A stretch of DNA of 64,000 bases from the human T2T-CHM13v2.0 reference genome, Homo sapiens: assembly GCF_009914755.1 (NCBI RefSeq), contig NC_060941.1; one strand, written 5' to 3'. The notes below the pieces were generated by a model that was not told the DNA's origin, made no database searches, and saw only the letters and a program-made list of their open reading frames with translations. This document shows, in pieces, positions 41,501 to 54,300 of the stretch. The position numbers and the translations under genes were made by a program. The stretch's first letter is position 1. Every line of letters starts with the position of its first letter.

Positions 41501-44500
41501 GAGGATTTCGTTGGAAACGGGATAAACCGCACAGAACTAAACAGAAGCATTCTCAGAACCTTCTTCGTGATGTTTGCATTCAACTCACAGTGTTGAACCT
41601 TTCTTTGATAGTTCAGGTTTGAAACGGTCTTTCTGTAGAAACTGCAAGTAGATATTTGGACCTCTCTGAGGATTTCGTTGGAAACGGGATAAACCGCACA
41701 GAACTAAAACAGAAGCATTCTCAGAACCCTCTTCGTGATGTTTGCATTCAACTCACAGTGCTGAACCTTTCTTTGATAGTTCAGCTTTGAAACACTCTTT
41801 TTGTAGAAACTGCAAGTGAATATTTGGTCCTCTCTGAGGATTTCGTTGGAAACGGGATAAAACGCACAGAACTAAACAGAAGCATTCTCAGAACCTTCTT
41901 CGTGATGTCTGCATTCAACACAAAGTGTGGAACCTTTCTTTGATAGTTCAGGTTTTAAAAACTCTTTTTGTAGAAACTGCAAGGGGATAATTGCACTCTT
42001 TGAGGAGTACCGTAGTAAAGGAAATAACTTCCTATAAAAAGAAGACAGAAGCTTTCTCAGAAAATTCTTTGGGATGATTGAGTTGAACTCACAGAGCTGA
42101 GCATTCCTTGCGATGTAGCAGTTTAGAAACACACTTTCTGCAGAATCTGCAAGTGCATATTTGGACCTCTGTGAGGAATTCGTTGGAAACGGGATAATTT
42201 CAGCTGACTACACAGAAGCAGTCTCAGAATCTTCTTTGTGATGTTTGCATTCAAATCCCAGAGTTGAACTTTCGTTTCAAAGTTCACGTTTGAAACACTC
42301 TTTTTGCAGGATCTACAAGTGGATATTTGGACCACTCTGTGTCCTTCGTTCGAAACGGGTATATCTTCACATGACATCTAGACAGAAGCATTCTCAGAAG
42401 CTTCTCTGTGATGACTGCATTCAACTCACGGAGTTGAACACTCCTTTTGAGAGCGCAGTTTTGAAACTCTCTTTCTGTGGCATCTGCAAGGGGACATGTA
42501 GACCTCTTTGAAGATTTCGTTGGAAACGGAATCATCTTCACATAAAAACTATACAGATGCATTCTCAGGAACTTTTTGGTGATGTTTGTATTCAACTCCC
42601 AGAGTTGAACTTTCCTTTGGAAAGAGCAGCTATGAAACACTCTTTTTCTAGAATCTGCAAGTGGACGTTTGGAGGGCTTTGTGGTTTGTGGTGGAAAAGG
42701 AAATATCTTCACCTAAATACTAGATAGAAGCATTCTCAGAAACTGCTTTGTGATGATTGCATTCACCTCACAGAGTTGAACATTCCTATTGATAGAGCAG
42801 TTTGGAAACACTCTTGTTGTGGAATGTGCAAGTGGAGATTTGGAGCGCTTTGAGGCCTATGGTAGTAAAGGGAATAGCTTCATAGAAAAACTAGACAGAA
42901 GCATTCTCAGAAAATACTTTGTGATGATTGAGTTTAACTCACAGAGCTGAACATTCCTTTGGATGGAGCAGGTTTGAGACACACTTTTTGTAGAATCTAC
43001 AAGTGGATATTTGGACCTCTCTGAGGATTTCGTTGGAAACGCGATAACTGCACCTAACTAAACGGAAGCATTCTCAGAAACTTCTTGGTGATGTTTGCAT
43101 TCAAATCCCAGAGTTGAACCTTCCTTTGATAGTTCAGGTTTGAAACACTCTTTTTGTAGGATCTGCAAGTGGATATTTGGACCACTCTGTGGCCTTCGTT
43201 CGAAACGGGTATATCTTCGCATAAAATCTAGACAGAAGCCTACTCAGAAACTTCTCTGTGATGATTGCATTCAACTCACAGAGTTGAACCCTCCTATGGA
43301 TAGAGCAGTGTTGAAACTCTCTTTTTGTGGAATCTGCAAGTGGATATGTGGACCTCTCCGAAGATGTCTTTGGAAACGGGAATATCTTCACATAAAAACT
43401 AAACAGAAGCATTCTCAGAAACTTCTCTGTGATGTTTGTGTTCAACTCCCAGAGTTTCACATTGCTTTTCATAGAGTAGTTCTGAAACATGCTTTTCGTA
43501 GTGTCTACAAGTGGACATTTGGAGCGCTTTCAGGCCTGTGGTGGAAAACGAATTATGGTCACATAAAAACTGGAGAGAAGCATTGTCAGAAACTTCTTTG
43601 TGATGATTGCATTCAACTCACAGAGTTGAAGGTTCCTTTTCAAAGAGCAGTTTCCAATCACTCTTTGTGTGGAATCTGCAAGTGGATATTTGGACCTATT
43701 TTGAAGATTTCGTTGGAAACGGGAGAATCTTCACAGGAAAGCTAAACAGAAGCATTCTCAGAAACTTCTTTGTGATGCTTGCATTCAACTCACAGAGTTG
43801 AACTTTCCTTTCGAGAGAGAAGCTTTGAAACACTCTTTTTCCAGAATCTGCAAGTGGACATTTGGAGGGCTTTGAGGCCTGTGGTGGAAAAGGAATTATC
43901 TTCCCGTAAAAGCTAGATAGAAGCATTCTCAGAAACTACTTTGTGATGATTGCATTCAAGTCACAGAGTTGAACATTCCCTTTGACAGAGCAGTTTGGAA
44001 ACTCTCTTTGTGTAGAATCTGCAAGTGGAGATATGGACCGCTTTGAGGCCTATGGTAGTAAAGGAAATAGCTTCATATAAAAGCTAGACAGTAGCATTCA
44101 CAGAAAACTCTTGGTGACGACTGAGTTTAACTCACAGAGCTGAACATTCCTTTGGATGGAGCAGTTTCGAAACACACTATTTGTAGAATGTGCAAGTGGA
44201 TATTTGGGCCTCTCTGAGGATTTCGTTGGAAACGGGATAAACCGCACAGAACTAAACAGAAGCATTCTCAGAACCTTCTTCGTGATGTTTGCATTCAACT
44301 CACAGTGTTGAACCTTTCTTTGATAGTTCAGGTTTGAAACGGTCTTTCTGTAGAAACTGCAAGTAGATATTTGGACCTCTCTGAGGATTTCGTTGGAAAC
44401 GGGATAAACCGCACAGAACTAAAACAGAAGCATTCTCAGAACCCTCTTCGTGATGTTTGCATTCAACTCACAGTGCTGAACCTTTCTTTGATAGTTCAGC

Positions 44501-47500
44501 TTTGAAACACTCTTTTTGTAGAAACTGCAAGTGGATATTTGGTCCTCTCTGAGGATTTCGTTGGAAACGGGATAAACTGCACAGAACTAAACAGAAGCAT
44601 TCTCAGAACCTTCTTCGTGATGTCTGCATTCAACTCACAGTGTGGAACCTTTCTTTGATAGTTCAGGTTTGAAACACTCTTTTTGTAGAAACTGCAAGGG
44701 GATAATTGCACTCTTTGAGGAGTACCGTAGTAAAGGAAATAACTTCCTATAAAAAGAAGACAGAAGCTTTCTCAGAAAATTCTTTGGGATGATTGAGTTG
44801 AACTCACAGAGCTGAGCATTCCTTGCGATGTAGCAGTTTAGAAACACACTTTCTGCAGAATCTGCAAGTGCATATTTGGACCTCTGTGAGGAATTCGTTG
44901 GAAACGGGATAATTTCAGCTGACTAAACAGAAGCAGTCTCAGAATCTTCTTTGTGATGTTTGCATTCAAATCCCCGAGTTGAACTTTCCTTTCAAAGTTC
45001 ACGTTTGAAACACTCTTTTTGCAGGATCTACAAGTGGATATTTGGACCACTCTGTGTCCGTCGTTCGAAACGGGTATATCTTCACATGACATCTAGACAG
45101 AAGCATCCTCAGAAGCTTCTCTGTGATGACTGCATTCAACTCACGGAGTTGAACACTCCTTTTGAGAGCGCAGTTTTGAAACTCTCTTTCTGTGGCATCT
45201 GCAAGGGGACATGTAGACCTCTTTGAAGATTTCTTTGGAAACGGAATCATCTTCACATAAAAACTATACAGATGCATTCTCAGGAACTTTTTGGTGATGT
45301 TTGTATTCAACTCCCAGAGTTGAACTTTCCTTTGGAAAGAGCAGCTATGAAACACTCTTTTTCTAGAATCTGCAAGTGGACGTTTGGAGGGCTTTGTGGT
45401 TTGTGGTGGAAAAGGAAATATCTTCACCTAAATACTAGATAGAAGCATTCTCAGAAACTGCTTTGTGATGATTGCATTCACCTCACAGAGTTGAACATTC
45501 CTATTGATAGAGCAGTTTGGAAACACTCTTGTTGTGGAATGTGCAAGTGGAGATTTGGAGCGCTTTGAGGCCTATGGTAGTAAAGGGAATAGCTTCATAG
45601 AAAAACTAGACAGAAGCATTCTCAGAAAATACTTTGTGATGATTGAGTTTAACTCACAGAGCTGAACATTCCTTTGGATGGAGCAGGTTTGAGACACACT
45701 TTTTGTAGAATCTACAAGTGGATATTTGGACCTCTCTGAGGATTTCGTTGGAAACGGGATAACTGCACCTAACTAAACGGAAGCATTCTCAGAAACTTCT
45801 TGGTGATGTTTGCATTCAAATCCCAGAGTTGAACCTTCCTTTGATAGTTCAGGTTTGAAACACTCTTTTTGTAGGATCTGCAAGTGGATATTTGGACCAC
45901 TCTGTGGCCTTCGTTCGAAACGGGTACATCTTCACATAAAATCTAGACAGAAGCCTTCTCAGAAACTTCTCTGTGATGATTGCATTCAACTCACAGGTTT
46001 GAACCCTCCTTTGGATAGAGCATTGTTGAAACTCTCTTTTTGTGGAATCTGCAAGTGGATATGTGGACCTCTCCGAAGATGTCTTTGGAAACGGGAATAT
46101 CTTCACATAAAAACTAAACAGAAGCATTCTCAGAAACTTCTCTGTGATGTTTGTGTTCAACTCCCAGAGTTTCACATTGCTTTTCATAGAGTAGTTCTGA
46201 AACATGCTTTTCGTAGTGTCTGCAAGTGGACATTTGGAGCGCTTTCAGGCCTGTGGTGCAAAACGAATTATGGTCCCATAAAAACTGGAGAGAAGCATTG
46301 TCAGAAACTTCTTTGTGATGATTGCATTCAACTCACAGAGATGAAGGTTCCTTTTCAAACAGCAGTTTCCAAACACTCTTTCTTTGGAATCTGCAAGTGG
46401 ATATTTGGATCTCTTTGAAGATTTCGTTGGAAACGGGAGAATCTTCACAGAAAAGCTAAACAGAAGCATTCTCAGAAACTTCTTTGTGATGCTTGCATTC
46501 AACTCACAGAGTTGAACTTTCCTTTCGAGAGAGAAGCTTTGAAACACTCTTTTTCCAGAATCTGCAAGTGGACATTTGGAGGGCTTTGAGGCCTGTGGTA
46601 GAAAAGGAATTAACTTCCCGTAAAAGCTAGATAGAAGCATTCTCAGAAACTACTTTGTGATGATTGCATTCAAGTCACAGAGTTGAACATTCCCTTTGAC
46701 AGAGCAGTTTGGAAACTCTCTTTGTGTAGAATCTGCAAGTGGAGATATGGACCGCTTTGAGGCCTATGGTAGTAAAGGAAATAGCTTCATATAAAAGCTA
46801 GACAGTAGCATTCACAGAAAACTCTTGGTGACGACTGAGTTTAACTCACAGAGCTGAACATTCCTTTGGATGGAGCAGTTTCGAAACACACTATTTGTAG
46901 AATGTGCAAGTGGATATTTGGGCCTCTCTGAGGATTTCGTTGGAAACGGGATAAACCGCACAGAACTAAACAGAAGCATTCTCAGAACCTTCTTCGTGAT
47001 GTTTGCATTCAACTCACAGTGTTGAACCTTTCTTTGATAGTTCAGGTTTGAAACGGTCTTTCTGTAGAAACTGCAAGTAGATATTTGGACCTCTTTGAGG
47101 ATTTCGTTGGAAACGGGATAAACCGCACAGAACTAAAACAGAAGCATTCTCAGAACCCTCTTCGTGATGTTTGCATTCAACTCACAGTGCTGAACCTTTC
47201 TTTGATAGTTCAGCTTTGAAACACTCTTTTTGTAGAAACTGCAAGTGAATATTTGGTCCTCTCTGAGGATTTCGTTGGAAACGGGATAAAACGCACAGAA
47301 CTAAACAGAAGCATTCTCAGAACCTTCTTCGTGATGTCTGCATTCAACACAAAGTGTGGAACCTTTCTTTGATAGTTCAGGTTTGAAACACTCTTTTTGT
47401 AGAAACTGCAAGGGGATAATTGCACTCTTTGAGGAGTACCGTAGTAAAGGAAATAACTTCCTATAAAAAGAAGACAGAAGCTTTCTCAGAAAATTCTTTG

Positions 47501-48308
47501 CGATGATTGAGTTGAACTCACAGAGCTGAGCATTCCTTGCGATGTAGCAGTTTAGAAACACACTTTCTGCAGAATCTGCAAGTGCATATTTGGACCTCTG
47601 TGAGGAATTCGTTGGAAACGGGATAATTTCAGCTGACTAAACAGAAGCAGTCTCAGAATCTTCTTTGTGATGTTTGCATTCAAATCCCAGAGTTGAACTT
47701 TCGTTTCAAATTTCACGTTTGAAACACTCTTTTTGCAGGATCTACAAGTGGATATTTGGACCACTCTGTGTCCTTCGTTCGAAACGGGTATATCTTCACA
47801 TGACATCTAGACAGAAGCATTCTCAGAAGCTTCTCTGTGATGACTGCATTCAACTCACGGAGTTGAACACTCCTTTTGAGAGCGCAGTTTTGAAACTCTC
47901 TTTCTGTGGCATCTGCAAGGGGACATGTAGACCTCTTTGAAGATTTCGTTGGAAACGGAATCATCTTCACATAAAAACTATACAGATGCATTCTCAGGAA
48001 CTTTTTGGTGACGTTTGTATTCAACTCCCAGACTTGAAATTTCCTTTGGAAAGAGCAGCTATGAAACACTCTTTTTCTAGAATCTGCAAGTGGACGTTTG
48101 GAGGGCTTTGTGGTTTGTGGTGGAAAAGGAAATATCTTCACCTAAATACTAGATAGAAGCATTCTCAGAAACTGCTTTGTGATGATTGCATTCACCTCAC
48201 AGAGTTGAACATTCCTATTGATAGAGCAGTTTGGAAACACTCTTGTTGTGGAATGTGCAAGTGGAGATTTGGAGCGCTTTGAGGCCTATGGTAGTAAAGG
48301 GAATAGCT
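26570..48308 (+). repeat. Tandem duplication of a 10,858-bp (4-HOR) block
   Basis: ORF coordinates and rare variants repeat at +10,858 (26808/37666, 27868/38726, 29958/40816, 32237/43095, 33980/44838, 36694/47552). Bounded by mismatches T26569/C37427 and T37451/C48309. Confidence 0.92.
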
Positions 48309-51300
48309 CCATAGAAAAGCTAGACAGAAGCATTCTCAGAAAATACTTTGTGATGATTGAGTTGAACTCTCAGAGCTGAACATTCCTTTGGATGGAGCAG
48401 GTTTGAGACACACTTTTTGTAGAATATACAAGTAGATATTTGGACCTCTCTGAGGATTTCGTTGGAAACGCGATAACTGCACCTAACTAAACGGAAGCAT
48501 TCTCAGAATCTTCTTGGTGATGTTTGCATTCAAATCCCAGAGTTGAACCTTCCTTTGATAGTTCAGGTTTGAAACACTCTTTTTGTAGGATCTGCAAGTG
48601 GATATTTGGACCACTCTGTGGCCTTCGTTCGAAACGGGTATATCTTCGCATAAAATCTAGACAGAAGCCTTCTCAGAAACTTCTCTGTGATGATTGCATT
48701 CAACTCACAGAGTTGAACCCTCCTATGGATAGAGCAGTGTTGAAACTCTCTTTTTGTGGAATCTGCAAGTGGATATGTGGACCTCTCCGAAGATGTCTTT
48801 GGAAACGGGAATATCTTCACATAAAAACTAAACAGAAGCATTCTCAGAAACTTCTCTGTGATGTTTGTGTTCAACTCCCAGAGTTTCACATTGCTTCTCA
48901 TAGAGTAGTTCTGAAACATGCTTTTCGTAGTGTCTGCAAGTGGACATTTGGAGCGCTTTCAGGCCTGTGGTGGAAAACGAATTATGGTCCCATAAAAACT
49001 GGAGAGAAGCATTGTCAGAAACTTCTTTGTGATGATTGCATTCAACTCACAGAGATGAAGGTTCCTTTACAAACAGCAGTTTCCAAACACTCTTTCTGTG
49101 GAATCTGCAAGTGGATATTTGGACCTCTTTGAAGATTTCGTTGGAAACGGGAGAATCTTCACAGAAAAGCTAAACAGACGCATTCTCAGAAACTTCTTTG
49201 TGATGCTTGCATTCAACTCACAGAGTTGAACTTTCCTTTCGAGAGAGAAGCTTTGAAACACTCTTTTTCCAGAATCTGCAAGTGGACATTTGGAGGGCTT
49301 TGAGGCCTGTGGTGGAAAAGGAATTATCTTCCCGTAAAAGCTAGATAGAACCATTCTCAGAAACTACTTTGTGATGATTGCATTCAAGTCACAGAGTTGA
49401 ACATTCCCTTTGACAGAGCAGTTTGGAAACTCTCTTTGTGTAGAATCTGCAAGTGGAGATATGGACCGCTTTGAGGCCTATGGTAGTAAAGGAAATAGCT
49501 TCATATAAAAGCTAGACAGTAGCATTCACAGAAAACTCTTGGTGACGACTGAGTTTAACTCACAGAGCTGAACATTCCTTTGGATGGAGCAGTTTCGAAA
49601 CACACTATTTGTAGAATGTGCAAGTGGATATTTGGGCCTCTCTGAGGATTTCGTTGGAAACGGGATAAACCGCACAGAACTAAACAGAAGCATTCTCAGA
49701 ACCTTCTTCGTGATGTTTGCATTCAACTCACAGTGTTGAACCTTTCTTTGATAGTTCAGGTTTGAAACGGTCTTTCTGTAGAAACTGCAAGTAGATATTT
49801 GGACCTCTCTGAGGATTTCGTTGGAAACGGGATAACCCGCACAGAACTAAAACAGAAGCATTCTCAGAACCCTCTTCGTGATGTTTGCATTCAACTCACA
49901 GTGCTGAACCTTTCTTTGATAGTTCAGCTTTGAAACACTCTTTTTGTAGAAACTGCAAGTGGATATTTGGTCCTCTCTGAGGATTTCGTTGGAAACGGGA
50001 TAAAACGCACAGAACGAAACAGAAGCATTCTCAGAACCTTCTTCGTGATGTCTGCATTCAACTCAAAGTGTGGAACCTTTCTTTGATAGTTCAGGTTTTA
50101 AAAACTCTTTTTGTAGAAACTGCAAGGGGATAATTGCACTCTTTGAGGAGTACCGTAGTAAAGGAAATAACTTCCTATAAAAAGAAGACAGAAGCTTTCT
50201 CAGAAAATTCTTTGGGATGATTGAGTTGAACTCACAGAGCTGAGCATTCCTTGCGATGTAGCAGTTTAGAAACACACTTTCTGCAGAATCTGCAAGTGCA
50301 TATTTGGACCTCTCTGAGGAATTCGTTGGAAACGGGATAATTTCAGCTGACTAAACAGAAGCAGTCTCAGAATCTTCTTTGTGATGTTTGCATTCAAATC
50401 CCAGAGTTGAACTTTCCTTTCAAAGTTCACGTTTGAAACACTCTTTTTGCAGGATCTACAAGTGGATATTTGGACCACTCTGTGTCCTTCGTTCGAAACG
50501 GGTATATCTTCACATGACATCTAGACAGAAGCATTCTCAGAAGCTTCTCTGTGATGACTGCATTCAACTCACGGAGTTGAACACTCCTTTTGAGAGCGCA
50601 GTTTTGAAACTCTCTTTCTGTGGCATCTACAAGGGGACATGTAGACCTCTTTGAAGATTTCGTTGGAAACGGAATCATCTTCACATAAAAACTATACAGA
50701 TGCATTCTCAGGAACTTTTTGGTGATGTTTGTATTCAACTCCCAGAGTTCAACTTTCCTTTGGAAAGAGCAGCTATGAAACACTCTTTTTCTAGAATCTG
50801 CAAGTGGACGTTTGGAGGGCTTTGCGGTTTGTGGTGGAAAAGGAAATATCTTCACCTAAATACTAGATAGAAGCATTCTCAGAAACTGCTTTGTGATGAT
50901 TGCATTCACCTCACAGAGTTGAACATTCCTATTGATAGAGCAGTTTGGAAACACTCTTGTTGTGGAATGTGCAAGTGGAGATTTGGAGCGCTTTGAGGTC
51001 TATGGTAGTAAAGGGAATAGCTTCATAGAAAAACTAGACAGAAGCATTCTCAGAAAATACTTTGTGATGATTGAGTTGAACTCACAGAGCTGAACATTCC
51101 TTTGGATGGAGCAGGTTTGAGACACACTTTTTGCAGAATCTACAAGTGGATATTTGGACCTCTCTGAGGATTTCGTTGGAAACGGGATAACTGCACCTAA
51201 CTAAACGGAAGCATTCTCAGAATCTTCTTGGTGATGTTTGCATTCAAATCCCAGAGTTGAACCTTCCTTTGATAGTTCAGGTTTGAAACACTCTTTTTGT

Positions 51301-54300
51301 AGGATCTGCAAGTGGATATTTGGACCACTCTGTGGCCTTCGTTCGAAACGGGTATATCTTCGCATAAAATCTAGACAGAAGCCTTCTCAGAAACTTCTCT
51401 GTGATGATTGCATTCAACTCACAGAGTTGAACCCTCCTATGGATAGAGCAGTGTTGAAACTCTCTTTTTGTGGAATCTGCAAGTGGATATGTGGACCTCT
51501 CCGAAGATGTCTTTGGAAACGGGAATATCTTCACATAAAAACTAAACAGAAGCATTCTCAGAAACTTCTCTGTGATGTTTGTGTTCAACTCCCAGAGTTT
51601 CACATTGCTTCTCATAGAGTAGTTCTGAAACATGCTTTTCGTAGTGTCTGCAAGTGGACATTTGGAGCGCTTTCAGGCCTGTGGTGGAAAACGAATTATG
51701 GTCCCATAAAAACTGGAGAGAAGCATTGTCAGAAACTTCTTTGTGATGATTGCATTCAACTCACAGAGATGAAGGTTCCTTTACAAACAGCAGTTTCCAA
51801 ACACTCTTTCTGTGGAATCTGCAAGTGGATATTTGGACCTCTTTGAAGATTTCGTTGGAAACGGGAGAATCTTCACAGAAAAGCTAAACAGACGCATTCT
51901 CAGAAACTTCTTTGTGATGCTTGCATTCAACTCACAGAGTTGAACTTTCCTTTCGAGAGAGAAGCTTTGAAACACTCTTTTTCCAGAATCTGCAAGTGGA
52001 CATTTGGAGGGCTTTGAGGCCTGTGGTGGAAAAGGAATTATCTTCCCGTAAAAGCTAGATAGAACCATTCTCAGAAACTACTTTGTGATGATTGCATTCA
52101 AGTCACAGAGTTGAACATTCCCTTTGACAGAGCAGTTTGGAAACTCTCTTTGTGTAGAATCTGCAAGTGGAGATATGGACCGCTTTGAGGCCTATGGTAG
52201 TAAAGGAAATAGCTTCATATAAAAGCTAGACAGTAGCATTCACAGAAAACTCTTGGTGACGACTGAGTTTAACTCACAGAGCTGAACATTCCTTTGGATG
52301 GAGCAGTTTCGAAACACACTATTTGTAGAATGTGCAAGTGGATATTTGGGCCTCTCTGAGGATTTCGTTGGAAACGGGATAAACCGCACAGAACTAAACA
52401 GAAGCATTCTCAGAACCTTCTTCGTGATGTTTGCATTCAACTCACAGTGTTGAACCTTTCTTTGATAGTTCAGGTTTGAAACGGTCTTTCTGTAGAAACT
52501 GCAAGTAGATATTTGGACCTCTCTGAGGATTTCGTTGGAAACGGGATAAACAGCACAGAACTAAAACAGAAGCATTCTCAGAACCCTCTTCGTGATGTTT
52601 GCATTCAACTCACAGTGCTGAACCTTTCTTTGATAGTTCAGCTTTGAAACACTCTTTTTGTAGAAACTGCAAGTGGATATTTGGTCCTCTCTGAGGATTT
52701 CGTTGGAAACGGGATAAAACGCACAGAACGAAACAGAAGCATTCTCAGAACCTTCTTCGTGATGTCTGCATTCAACTCAAAGTGTGGAACCTTTCTTTGA
52801 TAGTTCAGGTTTTAAAAACTCTTTTTGTAGAAACTGCAAGGGGATAATTGCACTCTTTGAGGAGTACCGTAGTAAAGGAAATAACTTCCTATAAAAAGAA
52901 GACAGAAGCTTTCTCAGAAAATTCTTTGGGATGATTGAGTTGAACTCACAGAGCTGAGCATTCCTTGCGATGTAGCAGTTTAGAAACACACTTTCTGCAG
53001 AATCTGCAAGTGCATATGTGGACCTCTCTGAGGAATTCGTTGGAAACGGGATAATTTCAGCTGACTAAACAGAAGCAGTCTCAGAATCTTCTTTGTGATG
53101 TTTGCATTCAAATCCGCGAGTTGAACTTTCCTTTCAAAGTTCACGTTTGAAACACTCTTTTTGCAGGATCTACAAGTGGATATTTGGACCACTCTGTGTC
53201 CTTCGTTCGAAACGGGTATATCTTCACATGACATCTAGACAGAAGCATCCTCAGAAGCTTCTCTGTGATGACTGCATTCAACTCACGGAGTTGAACACTC
53301 CTTTTGAGAGCGCAGTTTTGAAACTCTCTTTCTGTGGCATCTGCAAGGGGACATGTAGACCTCTTTGAAGATTTCGTTGGAAACGGAATCATCTTCACAT
53401 AAAAACTATACAGATGCATTCTCAGGAACTTTTTGGTGATGTTTGTATTCAACTCCCAGAGTTGAACTTTCCTTTGGAAAGAGCAGCTATGAAACACTCT
53501 TTTTCTAGAATCTGCAAGTGGACGTTTGGAGGGCTTTGTGGTTTGTGGTGGAAAAGGAAATATCTTCACCTAAATACTAGATAGAAGCATTCTCAGAAAC
53601 TGCTTTGTGATGATTGCATTCACCTCACAGAGTTGAACATTCCTATTGATAGAGCAGTTTGGAAACACTCTTGTTGTGGAATGTGCAAGTGGAGATTTGG
53701 AGCGCTTTGAGGTCTATGGTAGTAAAGGGAATAGCTTCATAGAAAAACTAGACAGAAGCATTCTCAGAAAATACTTTGTGATGATTGAGTTTAACTCACA
53801 GAGCTGAACATTCCTTTGGATGGAGCAGGTTTGAGACACACTTTTTGTAGAATCTACAAGTGGATATTTGGACCTCTCTGAGGATTTCGTTGGAAACGCG
53901 ATAACTGCACCTAACTAAACGGAAGCATTCTCAGAAACTTCTTGGTGATGTTTGCATTCAAATCCCAGAGTTGAACCTTCCTTTGATAGTTCAGGTTTGA
54001 AACACTCTTTTTGTAGGATCTGCAAGTGGATATTTGGACCACTCTGTGGCCTTCGTTCGAAACGGGTATATCTTCGCATAAAATCTAGACAGAAGCCTTC
54101 TCAGAAACTTCTCTGTGATGATTGCATTCAACTCACAGAGTTGAACCCTCCTATGGATAGAGCAGTGTTGAAACTCTCTTTTTGTGGAATCTGCAAGTGG
54201 ATATGTGGACCTCTCCGAAGATGTCTTTGGAAACGGGAATATCTTCACATAAAAACTAAACAGAAGCATTCTCAGAAACTTCTCTGTGATGTTTGTGTTC

